Of a stretch of 64,000 nt of DNA, positions 31,409-42,828 are shown one piece after another (the first letter of the stretch is position 1; each line of letters begins with the position of its first letter). Location: the NCBI GenBank assembly GCA_963798085.1, contig CAWCRS010000003.1:832001-896000 (forward strand), read 5' to 3'. The notes beneath the pieces were generated by a model. It was not told the origin of the DNA. It saw nothing but the letters and a program-made list of their open reading frames with translations, and did no database searches. This DNA comes from an uncultured Gemmatimonadales bacterium. GTDB lineage: Bacteria; Gemmatimonadota; Gemmatimonadetes; Longimicrobiales; RSA9. Both the position numbers and the translations under genes were made by a program.

Positions 31409-31571
31409 GCGTTTCGACTCCTGCCCTTGCTGACGGCAGTTCAAAGCAATCTTGAAAGCGGAGTCGCTTGCATCTTGCTACGTCCCACCTAGCCATTGCA
31501 AGCGCGTGCAATCAGGGCAATATTGCCTTTGACTTGTTGTATCTCCGGCCACGACCGACCGGGTTAGCGCC

Positions 31572-34500
31572 GTGTCAGCCGTTCGAATACACACTCTCGG
31601 AGACTGCTTCGTAAGAGTTGATGGCGGCACGGTGAGGCGTCCGCCGCCACTCCAGTTCGCCGTGCTTGTGTATCTTGCCTGGCGGGGTGACTATGCAATT
31701 TCCGCCAATGAACTAGCGGCGCTTTTTTGGGGCGAACTGCCAGAAAGTCGTGCTAAACGTTGCCTCAGTCAGTGTCTCTATGCCCTGAGGCGCTCTTTGT
31801 TATTGCCGATAGACGTAGCGAGCGGTACCGTTGTGTTGAAACCTTCTTCCATTTTCGTTGACGCGAAAGCGTTCCTTGTGCTAGTCGCCGCTGGCAAACT
31901 TCGTGACGCCGCTGCTATGCACTCCGGTACGTTCTTGGCCCACCTACGACTGCGCGGGAAGCGTGACTTCAGATTTTGGCATGACAGGGTTGCAGCTGAT
32001 ATTGCATCGAAGGCGTGTCGTGTGATGAGCCAACTTGCTGTCGAAGCAGACGCCGCTGGTAATTGGGATGAGGTTGAGTACTATACTACGCGCTATCTTG
32101 AGCTGAATCCAGACAACGGTGACTTTGCGACTTTGCGCGCGCAGGCGCGTGCTGCCTCTGGCGACTTGGCGGGCGCTCTTGCAAGTCTTAAAGGATTGCG
32201 CGGGCGAGGAACCGGCTTCGCAAGGAAAGTTCGGCTTGCTTATCAAGCAATTGATAGAAGCAACGCACGATACGGCGTGCCGTCCGGTTCAACGAGCCAA
32301 CCGCAGCACTCGCCGTTCGTGGGACGGGGGGACGAATTTCGGTTGCTGCGAAGTGCATGGGAGTCAATGTTGCGCGAAGGATCGTTTTGTGTTACGCAAC
32401 TCGAAGGAGAGCCTGGTATAGGGAAGAGTCGCCTGATTGACCAGTTTGCCCGTTGGGCAGCGATTCGAGGCGGGCGCGTCATTCTGGGAGATGCCGCGAA
32501 CTAGAAAGACGGGTGGTGTACAGCGGGATTGCGTCGTTGCTTGCAACTGACGGCTTGGGTCGCGATCTGGAACGACTGCCATCTTTCCTGCAGCACGTCG
32601 TGCGCCAGGCGTTTCCATTTAGAGAACTTGATCCGAATCACAATCTTCGTGCGGTCCAGCACGTCAACATGTCTGCTCCCCTTGCGCTTTTTGAAGCAGT
32701 GGTGGAACTCTTCATCGTATGTGCACGCACTCGACCTGTATTGATTGTGCTCGATGATATTCAATGGGCAGATGAGCAAACGCAGTCTTTCTTGCAGTAC
32801 CTAGCCCGCCGCTGCCGCGCCCACTGCATCATGCTGCTGGTTGGCGGACGGATGACTGACGGATCGAGCGCTGCGACCATTCGAGGTGATGCAGCTGACG
32901 GCCAATTTCAGCGGATACAACTTGGCCCGCTGCCACCGCAGGATTCCACACGGCTCATAGAACTCTGCGCAAGAAAATGGAATATTACTATCGAGGAAGC
33001 GGCCGCTCTTGCGATCAGCAAGCGGGCCGGCGGTCGGCCCCTGTTTATCGTGGAGTACATGCATGCTCTGGCGATAGGAAGGAACGAATTCAAGGCCGGC
33101 ATCAATGGCCTCGGTGAAGGTGGCGGCAGTTGTGGGCCGGATGTTCTTGTACCGGCGACTCTCCGAGAGCACACGTCTCAGCGACTGGCGCTTCTGGGCG
33201 AGATCCCACGAATGTTTGTCGAAGCGCTCGCTGTAGTGGGGGGTACGTCTAGTGTTCGCGACTTGGCCGACATTCTGTGTATACCTCAGAATGTGGCAAT
33301 TAATGCGACAGGTGACTTGGTTGGAGCCGGCCTTGTGGAGCAAGACGATGCTGGAATCCGCGTGGCGCACAATGTGCTCCGGCAGTGCGTTTATGAGTGT
33401 ATCGGTGAACACACTCGCACAGCTCTTCATGCTCGCGTTGCTCGATTTCTGGCGTGCAAGCAACCGGGGGCCGACGGCCTGCTGGCGACGCACTTTAACG
33501 CGGCTGGTTATCGCAATGCGGCCGCTATGCACTCGATAGCCGCTGCGCGCGCAAGCACTGCTGCGTATTCCTTTGCCGACGCGGAACATTACTGCGCGCT
33601 CGCGGAAGCGAATGCTGACCTCCCGGTGACCCGGCTCATGGCCAAGGACGCCAGATTCCGCCTCTTTATTGCGACACAACGGCATCGTTTAGCTGCGCCA
33701 CTCCTGGGGGAGTTGGAGCCTTGGTATGTCGGTCGTGGCGGCAGGAGAGCTGCTGCTAGTGGCCGCGACCAAACTGGAAAACGCAATGGCCAGTGAGGAA
33801 GGTTTCACTGTAGTATTGGGGCATCTCGACGACTTGAGGTGCATTGCGGAGAGCTCTGCAAGCTACAGCCTATTCGCCAATGTACTGATGACTATTGTGT
33901 CGGCATCCCATCATTCCGGGCGTCGCGATTATGTGCGCGAACTTGCGCCGCTGCTCGAGCAGAAGGTGCAACGCGCCGAGGCGACGTTGGCAACTGTTGA
34001 AGTCTGGGCCTTACTTGCGCGGATACACTGTGTTTACGGCAATGCTGCGGGCGCACGTCGAGCTGCTGATGCGGCATCCCGGCTTGCCAAAGGCCGTAAT
34101 AGTAAAGCTCTGTCCATCCTTGCCGATGCTGCACAGGCAGTTGTAGAATTAGCCTTCGGGCGGATCGACAAGGCCGCTGCCTGTTACAGCAGCGTTATAC
34201 GGGCGTGTGCGGATGATGAATGGCAGGGATATTGGGAGCGGTTCGTCGGAGATCTGGGATTTGCGCTGATGGAGAGTGGTGACATTCAGCAGGCGCAGGA
34301 TGTACTGGCCGACGCAGGCAACTCAATGTGCACCCACCGCGTGCTGTATGTTCTTGCCAACCTAGCCCTCCTGTTGTTCTCGACCGATCAATCTGATGAA
34401 TTAGCTAAGTGCTGCACGCGCATTGCCGATACAAATAGTGTGCTCGGCGCGGAATGGGCTCGGGTTGTATGCGAATCCTTCAGGGATTGGTTGAGCTTCA

Positions 34501-34889
34501 CAATGGACAAATTGAACGTGCATTGTCTCGGGTTGTGTTCATTCGGGATTCTTTGAGGGCGCTCGCCAACGCTCCTCGGAGATTCGTCGGTGGCCGAGAT
34601 ATTTTGCGCACGGCTCAAAGAAGCCACAGGGCGGCACGTTGAAGCGATTTGTGAGATATCAGAAGCGATCGACCATGCTGAGGCCCACAATAGAGTCGGG
34701 CGTTGGCGTATGCAGCTCACGTTGGCAGAGCTTCTGTCGGCGAGCGATCTCAATGGTAGCATAATCATCCGTGAGCGAGTTGAAGCGGAAGCGCTGGCCG
34801 TTGGGTCCAATTTGATTGCTTCGCAGGCAGGCCAGTACGCCATGCGTCGAAGCGGTGGGTTGCTCCTGGCTCCTCCGCTCACCCGCTGA
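31572..34889 (+). CDS. SARP/BTAD-type regulator with AAA ATPase and helical repeat C-terminus, split into about 4 ORFs
   Basis: ELAALFWG...LSQCLYALRR, FVGR..E, GEPGIGKSRL, LDDIQWAD, AGGRPLF and H..LR motifs. Confidence 0.82.
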
Positions 34890-35656
34890 GCTCGAGAGCG
34901 CCGGACGCGCGCTCCCTTTGAAGCCACGCCTCAATGATCCACTCCCAGCCCAGCCACATGCGAACCTCCGTCGGACGATAGCCGATCAATCGCTTCATCT
35001 GATTGCTCATCGTGAAACCATCGGGATAGCCCGAACGGGTCGCAATGCGGAACACCGCGCTCCCATCGTGCTGCAGCTGAATCGCAATGTGCAGCAGCCG
35101 AGCGAACTGCAGCCAGTGCGACGGAACCGGCAACCCCGCACCCGCGAAATGCCGGCCCAGTGTGCGCCGCAATGTGTACATGCGCCGCGACAGCCGCGTC
35201 ACACTGCCTACCTCCGCCGCCAGCTCGAAAATGCGCCGCACCTCGTGCTCGACCGGCTCCGTCCGCAGGACACCGCGGCGTCTGAGATAGCGCACCGCCG
35301 CATCCGTCACCGAGCGGGGCAGCGTCGCCAGTACCTGCCGCAGATACTGCGGCGTGCCCAGATAGGGCGCCGGCAGCACAGACCGCGGCGCCAGGCCCGT
35401 TACCCGGTTGAGCAGCGGCAGCGTGCGCCGGATCTCCGCCGCTGCCGGCAGCAGCACGATCACCGGCAGACCCGGCGGCCTCGACAACAGTCGCTCGTAC
35501 TCCCCCTCCTGCTCCTCACCGTCCACCAGCCACCACACAGCACCGGCCACACGCCGGCGCGGGCGAGGCCAGCACATCGTCCACCGTCGCCTCGAAGCCG
35601 TCGTACGGCGGCGAGAACAGCTGCAGCCACTTCCCTTCCACAGCGAGCGGGTTCAT
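34879..35656 (-). CDS. AraC-family HTH transcriptional regulator (indel near 35560)
   Basis: RRTLGRHF...P.HWLQFARL...IATRSGYPDGFTMSNQMKRLIG; probable true start MNPLAVEG at 35656. Confidence 0.8.
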
Positions 35657-36468
35657 CGCGCTTCTCCGCGTTGCGGGTGAGCGGTAATGCGCCCCGAACC
35701 TTTCCGCACGCCGTCATCGAAGCGTCATCGAATTGCCGGCTGAACCGCCCTATGTGGCCTCGCCACAAGAGGTTGGCATGTTGGATGAATCGCGGTGCCT
35801 GGCAGCGGAAGTGACAACGTCGGTGGCAATCGGCCGAATGGCCCGCGTCGCCTCCCGGCGCTGCACCCCACGCTTGTGCGCCGCCGCGCGGGAGCGCGGG
35901 CGCGATTGACAGCTGTGCCCACTCGACCTCCGCAAAGGCAAGTCGCGGCGCCATACGCACGAGCACGGCACCGGCTTTCGCCGAATCACGCCCGGAAGAT
36001 CTGGAACGTGCCCGCGGGCAAGTCAGACGATCGACGCACCGCCGTGTCACGCGCGGATCCCCGGCCGCATGGGCGCCATGATGATGTCCTGCGCGACGCC
36101 AGGTTGAAGCGCTTCGCTCGCGCCGCGCCGGCCGAACATCCTTGCGCACGCCTGGCCGCATGCGCTTGCCTGCAACGACAGCGTTGCGCCACCGGACGCC
36201 GCGCGCACCGCGTCGCTTCGTACGGCCGGCAGTCCGAACACCCATCGTCGCCTGCACTGTTCCTGTGGTCCGCCGCGGCAATGCGCGGACGAAGCTTGCA
36301 CGCGCGTGCACTCCGCACGACTGAATCGCGCCGCAGTGCGCCAATCGCGCGCGCCTCGTTCATGCGTTCGCGCTGCGTGCGGGAGCGTGCTTGACCGCTT
36401 CGCATTCGCGACTTACCTTGCGAATGTTCCTCGCAATCCAATGACGCATCCTGCCACGGGAGTCCATC

Positions 36469-37194
36469 ATGCTCGTAGGTTCCCGCATGACGGCACAGTT
36501 GTACACGGTCGCTCCGTCCGCCACGATCGGGCAGGCGCTCGAACTCACGCGCTCACAGCGCATCCGCCATCTGCCGGTCGTCGAGCAGGAACAACTCGTC
36601 GGCGTCGTCACCGAGCGCGAGCTCAGACTCGCCGCGCCACCCGCGTGGCATGATGACCCGCAGGCAATGCGCGCCGCGCTGGCCACGCGCACCGTGAGCG
36701 AAGTCATGATACGCGACGTCATCACGACGCAGTCGGTCGTGCCCATCGAGGAAGCCGCGAAGCAGATGTACGAGAACAGGATCGGCTGCCTGCCCGTGCT
36801 CAATGCGGAAAATCGCCTGGTCGGCATTCTCACACGCACGGATCTGCTGCGCGCGCTGGTCGAGCTCTTCGGCGCGACCAATCCGCTCGCGCGCATTGAA
36901 GTGCGCATGCCCAACCGCGCGGGTGAGCTGGCGCGCGTCGTGCGCGTCATCGGCATCGAGCACAAGGTCAACATCAGCGGCCTGATCGCACCGCCCACGG
37001 GGCACGCGCACTACTCCGAAGCCATCGTGCAGCTGCAGACACCCGATCCCCTGCCCATTATCGAGGGACTGCGCAAGCTGGGTTACAAGGTGGGCTGGCC
37101 CGCCATCGAGCTGGATCCGGATTCCGACACGGATGGCCTCGGCCACGCCACCAACGAGTTGCCCGCGCGCAATCGCGTGCCCGTGGAGATCTGA
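36469..37194 (+). CDS. CBS-pair + ACT domain protein (AcuB-like)
   Basis: IRHLPVV, IGCLPV, GILTRTDLL and NRAGELARV. Confidence 0.92.
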   Translation: MLVGSRMTAQLYTVAPSATIGQALELTRSQRIRHLPVVEQEQLVGVVTERELRLAAPPAWHDDPQAMRAALATRTVSEVMIRDVITTQSVVPIEEAAKQMYENRIGCLPVLNAENRLVGILTRTDLLRALVELFGATNPLARIEVRMPNRAGELARVVRVIGIEHKVNISGLIAPPTGHAHYSEAIVQLQTPDPLPIIEGLRKLGYKVGWPAIELDPDSDTDGLGHATNELPARNRVPVEI

Positions 37195-37263
37195 AACCGG
37201 CCGACTAACCCTCAGTTGCGAACCGCGGGGCTGGCCTGACTGCCCCGCGGCCCCGCCGGAGTC

Positions 37264-37797
37264 GTGAGCGAGAGTCCTGCGCCTTCCTGGTCCATCCGCT
37301 TCTACACATCCGCGGATCGCGCCGCGCTCGAAAGACTCTATATCGACTTCGAGCCGAAACGCGCCGCGCAGGGTCTGCCACCCGACACACCCGCTCGTGT
37401 GATCGCCTGGCTCGATGGCCTGCTCGCCCATGGCCATCATCTTGTGGCCACCGCGGGCGCAGCCATCATTGGCCACGTCATGCTCGTGCCCTTCGCTGAG
37501 CACACGGTCGAGCTGGCCGTGTTCGTCGCCGAGGTCTGGCGTGATCACGGCGTGGGCACTGCGCTGAATCGTGCCGCCGTGCAGTGCGCGCGCGACGCCG
37601 GCTGGTGGCGCGTCTGGCTCTCCGTTGCGCCCTCCAACGGCGCCGCCATCCGGTCCTACGTCCGCGCCGGTTTCCAGCTCGTGCCGTTCGCGACGCCCGC
37701 CGATTCCTGGGCGTCGGAGCTGGAAATGGAGATCGACCTGCGCGCGCCTCGCGTGGCGGACGCCGGCGCTGCACCGGGAGTCGGAACCGCGCCGTGA
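37264..37797 (+). CDS. GNAT acetyltransferase
   Basis: WRDHGVGTAL and N.AAIRSY..AGF. Confidence 0.85.
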   Translation: MSESPAPSWSIRFYTSADRAALERLYIDFEPKRAAQGLPPDTPARVIAWLDGLLAHGHHLVATAGAAIIGHVMLVPFAEHTVELAVFVAEVWRDHGVGTALNRAAVQCARDAGWWRVWLSVAPSNGAAIRSYVRAGFQLVPFATPADSWASELEMEIDLRAPRVADAGAAPGVGTAP

Positions 37798-39422
37798 ACC
37801 GTGTGTGCGTCGTCGCCTGCAGCCGGGTCATTCCTGCGGCGCCGCCGTGCCCCACCCGTTTCGTGCATCGGGCCCTCGGCAACGTCCGCGTTGCGACACT
37901 GCTCTTCGCCCTCGGCCTCGCCCGGCCGTTGCAGGCGCAGCAGCGGCCGCTGCCGGCGCTCGCGCCTGGATTCCTTCCCGTGTCGCACTGGTCGCGCACT
38001 GCGCTGCAGCGGCTCACCGCCGCCGGTCTGCTGCGCGCCGCGGACGCCGCCCTGGCGTGGCCCCTCACGCCCGCGTTCGCAAACACGCTGTTCGAGCGCG
38101 CCGCTGCTGACTCGCTGTTACCGCCCGGCTCCGGGAATGCCGGGGCGCCGCCCGCCGCACGGGATGCAGACGACGACGGGACCCTCCGGATCCTGGCCCG
38201 CGTCTACCGGGATCGCCTGCGCCGCGAGTTCCTGACGTACAATGTGGGTGGATTGCGTGTGGCCGCAGCGCTGCACGCGAGCCTCGACCGCACGTCTAAC
38301 GAGCTGTTTGCAGGCCGCACCGTGCCCAGCCCTGGCGGCTACGACTATGCGGGCCCACGGGCGAGAGCCGACAGCACGAACGGCCGTTTCGGAGCGGCAC
38401 TCGGCGTGGCCGCCGGACCCGTGGCCGCAGAAGCTGATCTGCAGCAGTCACGCACCGGCGCAAGTGTCGCCGGCGCTGCCCTGACCGCCGCCATCGGCCG
38501 CGCCCGGCTCTGGGTCGGCCGCAGACCCCTCAGTCTCGGACCCTCGCCCGCTGGTGGACTCGTGCTGGGAAATGCCGTCGCGTTCGACGGCGGTGGCCTG
38601 GACGTCGTGGACGGGTTCCGGCTGCCCGGCTTCCTGCGGGCCCTCGGGCCCGTCCGCCTGGCACAGCTGCTGGCGCGCATGCAGCGCAGCGGCGACATCG
38701 TGCACCCGTGGTTCCTGGCGCAACGGTTTTCCTTCGCACCGGCCGCGCGTGTCGACATCGGCATCAACCGCGCCGCGATCTTCGGCGGCCGGGGCAATGA
38801 GGGCGTCACACCGACCCGCATCTTCTGGATGCTGCTGGGCCAGACCGACGTCGCCAGCAAGGACAGCGATTTCGAGAATCAGGTCGCTTCGGTGGACGTC
38901 GTGTGGCAGCCGCCTTCGCGAACACCGCTGTTATTGCACGCCGAATGGGGCTTCGACGACGCGGGCGCGGCATTCCTGATCGTGCCCGCCATCATCGCCG
39001 GCGTCGAGCTGGCGGAACTGCCCGGTGCCCGCGCGCTCGGGCTGGGCCTCGAGGCAACTCATTTCACCGGCAACTGCTGCGGCTACCCGCCCTGGTACTG
39101 GCATGGCGAACTTTCCGAAGGCTGGACCGACCGCGGTGTGCTGCTGGGCAGCGCACTCGCCGGTCACGGCGATGAGGCCGCAATCACCTGGAACCTCGAC
39201 ATTGCGCGCGCCACCGTAATCGCCGACGGCCGGCTGTACACCCGCCACCGCAACCGCGAGAACCTCTACGCCCCCGACCGTCTCGGCAGCAGCGCCGGCG
39301 CAGAACTGAACCTGTCGGCAGCGCTGTCCCATCGTCTCCGACTCGAAACCACCACCGACGCGGAGACCGCCCGCACATGGACCCGCTGGACTACCACCAT
39401 CACCACCAGCTTCCGGTTCTAG
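37794..39422 (+). CDS. Capsule assembly Wzi-like outer-membrane protein
   Basis: WVGRR..SLGP...GGLVL and ENQVASVD motifs, terminal Phe. Start uncertain. Confidence 0.75.
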   Translation: MNRVCVVACSRVIPAAPPCPTRFVHRALGNVRVATLLFALGLARPLQAQQRPLPALAPGFLPVSHWSRTALQRLTAAGLLRAADAALAWPLTPAFANTLFERAAADSLLPPGSGNAGAPPAARDADDDGTLRILARVYRDRLRREFLTYNVGGLRVAAALHASLDRTSNELFAGRTVPSPGGYDYAGPRARADSTNGRFGAALGVAAGPVAAEADLQQSRTGASVAGAALTAAIGRARLWVGRRPLSLGPSPAGGLVLGNAVAFDGGGLDVVDGFRLPGFLRALGPVRLAQLLARMQRSGDIVHPWFLAQRFSFAPAARVDIGINRAAIFGGRGNEGVTPTRIFWMLLGQTDVASKDSDFENQVASVDVVWQPPSRTPLLLHAEWGFDDAGAAFLIVPAIIAGVELAELPGARALGLGLEATHFTGNCCGYPPWYWHGELSEGWTDRGVLLGSALAGHGDEAAITWNLDIARATVIADGRLYTRHRNRENLYAPDRLGSSAGAELNLSAALSHRLRLETTTDAETARTWTRWTTTITTSFRF

Positions 39423-39473
39423 CGCAGCAGCGTATCGAACCGTCCGCGCGCACTCCTTCCGGCAAGACGCTAT

Positions 39474-39768
39474 CGGACCGTCCTGGCATTCTTTCCTTCC
39501 GGCCGGCTCTCGCTATCCCGGCGGCCCGCGCCCGTATGCTGAGTGGTCAGTCGATTCAACGGTGCGCCTGCATCATGGTCAAACGTGGCACAACCCAAGT
39601 ATGCGGACGGTCCGATGAACGGCGCTTCGGACCATCCTGGCATTCTTTCCTTCCGGCCGGCTTCGCTATCCCGGCGACCCGCGCCCGTATGCTGAGTGGT
39701 AGTCGATTCAACGTTGCGCCGGCATCATGGTCAAACGTGGCACAACCCAAGTATGCCAAGACGGTCCG
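39474..39768. repeat. Tandem pair of ~141-bp IR-ended elements
   Basis: 39474-39614 and 39628-39768, CGGACC(G/A)TCCTGGCATTCTTTCCTTCCGGCC...GGCACAACCCAAGTATGC..GACGGTCCG. Confidence 0.9.
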
Positions 39769-39813
39769 ACAGCAGTTGCCCGACCCCGCCCGCTGCCCCA
39801 CCATTCAACCACC

Positions 39814-40881
39814 ATGACCGAACCTCAACCGAGGGACCAGCGACCCCGACTGCGCTTGTCGCAGCTGTCGCACGGCGCGGGTTGAGCCTGCAAGCTCGGC
39901 TCGGCTGAGCTCGCGCAGGTCCTGCGCGCCGTGGTCCCGTTCGCGGACCCGGACGTGCTCGTGGACACGAGCACCATGGACGACGCCGCCGTGTACCGGA
40001 TCGCTCCGGATCGCGCACTGGTGGCGACGCTGGACTTCTTCACGCCCATTGTCGACGACGCCTATGATTTCGGCCGCATTGCCGCCACTAACGCGCTGTC
40101 GGATGTCTACGCAATGGGTGGCCGTCCGCTCTTCGCGCTCAACATCGTGTGCTTCCCGCGCGACCTGCTCCACGAGGGCTGGCTCACGGAGATCGTGCGG
40201 GGCGGCGCCGACGCCGCCCGTGACGCGGGTATCGCCATCGTGGGCGGCCACTCGGTGGATGATCCCGAGCCCAAGTACGGTCTCACCGTCATCGGCGAGC
40301 TGCACCCTGATCGCGTGGTGCGCAACGCCACCGCGCGTCCCGGTGACCTGCTGGTGCTCACCAAGCCCATAGGCACCGGCGTCATCGCCACTGCAATCAA
40401 GAAGGATGCGGCGCCGCCCGACATGATCCGCACCGCCGTCGCCAGTATGACCACGCTGAATCGCGGCGCCGCCGAAAGCATGATGGCCGTGGGCGTGAGT
40501 GCCGCAACGGACATCACGGGCTTCGGTCTGCTTGGCCATCTGCGCTCCATGGCCAGGGCGAGCGGCGTGAGCGCGCGTATCCGCGCAGCCGCAGTGCCGC
40601 TGCTGCCGGGCGCGCTCGAGCTGGCGCGCGCCGGTCACATCCCTGGCGGTACGCAGCGCAATCTGACGGATACTGCAGGCGACGTTTCTTTTGCCGTTTC
40701 CGTCGATCCCGTCGTGCGCATCCTCCTGGCCGACGCCCAGACTTCCGGTGGCCTGCTCATCGCGCTCCCCGCCGAGCGCCTGGATGCGTTGCTCTCCAGA
40801 CTCCGTGAAGCGGGCACACCCGCCGCTGACACCATCGGCGAAATCATCGCCGGTCCGCCCGGCCACCTCACCGTCGACTGA
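39814..40881 (+). CDS. selD: Selenide, water dikinase with in-frame UGA (selenocysteine)
   Basis: ATG 39814 is in frame with ORF 39931. LSHGAG-TGA-ACKL, DDAAVY, DFFTPIVDD, GGHS, TDITGFGL and QTSGGLL. Confidence 0.95.
39886..39928 (+). promoter_or_regulatory. Candidate bacterial SECIS stem-loop
   Basis: Immediately after the UGA: AGCTCGGC/GCTGAGCT stem, closable by GCCTGC/GCAGGT; alternative CGCGCAG-GTC-CTGCGCG hairpin. Confidence 0.55.
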
Positions 40882-41344
40882 CCCCGCCCGGTTGCTGTGC
40901 AATCGCCCGGTCCGGAACTCACATCAGGACATTGTCAGTCTGGCCGATCGGCTGCCGCCACCGCCTGCAGCTCCAGACGGCGCCGCGCACCCGCCCGGCC
41001 ACGGTGCGAAACAAGTCATGATCTTCCTGTCCGACGTGGTGCAAGTCCCGACAACATCAACCCACCATCGCTGTAATACTTGGCGCTGTGGTAACGGCCC
41101 GGCGCTTCGCCAGACTCGCCGGGGCCTGACTCATTCGAGGCGGGTGTGCCAGCAGGTTCGCCGTCGTCGCAGCACCCGACATGGCCGGGCGGGTTATACT
41201 CGAGCCCGGCGCAACGCGTCCCCCGACCGCAGTGCAATTCTGCCGACCCGTACCCGCGTCACCACCTCGTAATCTTCCCGACATCACTCTGCCCGAACCG
41301 GCAGAGCTCTTCCAACCCCCTTGTCACCGCCTGAGGAGGCCATC

Positions 41345-42748
41345 ATGCTTCGTGCACTGGGTAGATCCATCGCCGTCGCGGCGTTGGCATCATCGCTCTT
41401 CGTTCTTCGCGCCAGCGCAAGCAGCACGGATCCTCCATCCTCTTCGGGCAACAGCGGCTCATTCAGGTTGTCCGCATTGCATCAGTTCTCCATTCCGAGC
41501 TTCTCGCGACAGACGAAACTGCCCTGCAGTGCGTGCCACACGCAGTTTCCTCAGCTGACGTCCTTCGGCCGGCTCTTCAAACTGAATGGGTACACACTGT
41601 CGGGAATCGAAAAGGTGGTCGTCAGCGCTGAGGCCGCGAGTTCCAGCCTGGCGCTCGATCTGATTCCGCCGCTTTCGGTCATGGCCGAGGTGTCGACCAC
41701 CACGATTTCGAAGGAGCCGTCGGGGACACAGAACAACTCGGTCGAGTTTCCCGACCAGTTGAGCCTCTTCGTCGGCGAAGCCATAACGCCTAAACTGGGC
41801 ACGTTCCTGCAATTCACCTACAGCGGCGTGGATGGCTCATTCGGTTGGGACAATGCAGACATCCGCTACGCGTCGCACGCCACGGTCGCCAGCAAGCCGA
41901 TGATCTTCGGCGTGACGGTGAATAACAGCCCCACGGTCCAGGACGTCTGGAATTCCACGCCTGTCTGGGGCTTTCCTTTCGCTTCTTCGCCGGTCGCGCC
42001 CGGACCTTCCGCGGCTCCCTCTATCAGTGATGACCTGGCTCAGCGAGTGGCGGGGATTGGTGGCTACGTTTTCTGGAACAACCTCGTGTACGCCGAACTC
42101 TCAGGGTACCGCTCCGCGCCGCAGGGCGGCCCGCACCCGGCCGACCAGAATTCCGAGGGCACCATCAAGGGTATAACACCGTATTGGCGGCTGGCACTCG
42201 CACGGGACATTGGCTCGCATTCGGTGGAGATTGGCACCTTCGGGTTGTCCACTCGCCAGTTTCCGACCGGCGTTTCCGGCGCAACCAATACCTTTACCGA
42301 TGTGGGATTCGACGGCCAGTGGCAGCGCATGCTCGGCCGCTCGAGTTTCTCGGCACATGGCAGCTACATTCATGAGGAGCAGACGCTTACGGCGTCATTC
42401 ATGGATGGCGACGCGGCCAACATCAAGAATGGGCTGCGCAGCTGGAAGCTCGACGGGCAGGTGCTTCTGCCACCGGGCGTTGGCGCTGCGCTCGCCTATT
42501 TCGGCTCGTCCGGCGACGCCGATCCGAATCTCTATGCCCCCGGCGAGGTGACGGGCAGTGCGTCGGGTCGGCCGAACAGTAACGGGCTTGTTGCCGAGCT
42601 CGACTACAATCCCTGGCTCAACACCCGCCTGTCGCTGCAGTATGTGGCCTACACGAAATTCAATGGTGGATCGACCGGCTACGACGGCTTCGGGCGCAAT
42701 GCCTCGAACAATAACACCCTGTACCTGGTAGCATGGCTCGTGTTCTGA
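41345..42748 (+). CDS. Cyc2-like monoheme cytochrome c / outer-membrane beta-barrel fusion
   Basis: GAGGAGG RBS and signal peptide; IPSFSRQTKLPCSACHTQFPQLTSFGRLFKLNGY, NNSPTVQDVWNSTP and beta-strand C-terminus ending LYLVAWLVF. Confidence 0.85.
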   Translation: MLRALGRSIAVAALASSLFVLRASASSTDPPSSSGNSGSFRLSALHQFSIPSFSRQTKLPCSACHTQFPQLTSFGRLFKLNGYTLSGIEKVVVSAEAASSSLALDLIPPLSVMAEVSTTTISKEPSGTQNNSVEFPDQLSLFVGEAITPKLGTFLQFTYSGVDGSFGWDNADIRYASHATVASKPMIFGVTVNNSPTVQDVWNSTPVWGFPFASSPVAPGPSAAPSISDDLAQRVAGIGGYVFWNNLVYAELSGYRSAPQGGPHPADQNSEGTIKGITPYWRLALARDIGSHSVEIGTFGLSTRQFPTGVSGATNTFTDVGFDGQWQRMLGRSSFSAHGSYIHEEQTLTASFMDGDAANIKNGLRSWKLDGQVLLPPGVGAALAYFGSSGDADPNLYAPGEVTGSASGRPNSNGLVAELDYNPWLNTRLSLQYVAYTKFNGGSTGYDGFGRNASNNNTLYLVAWLVF

Positions 42749-42828
42749 ACGCATTGCCGGCCACCCACGCTGTGTGGCCGGTCTTGTCCATCCTGGCCGC
42801 GCCGGAGCGCGGGAGGTGAATGTTGGCA

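Noticed and set aside
35657..36468. Several Arg/Ala-rich ORFs in the 0.8-kb gap
   Set aside because: No recognisable motifs, RBS or consistent coding pattern; treated as intergenic.
40882..41344. Short CCGAC repeats upstream of the Cyc2-like gene as regulator boxes
   Set aside because: Too short and irregularly spaced to distinguish from chance in high-GC DNA.
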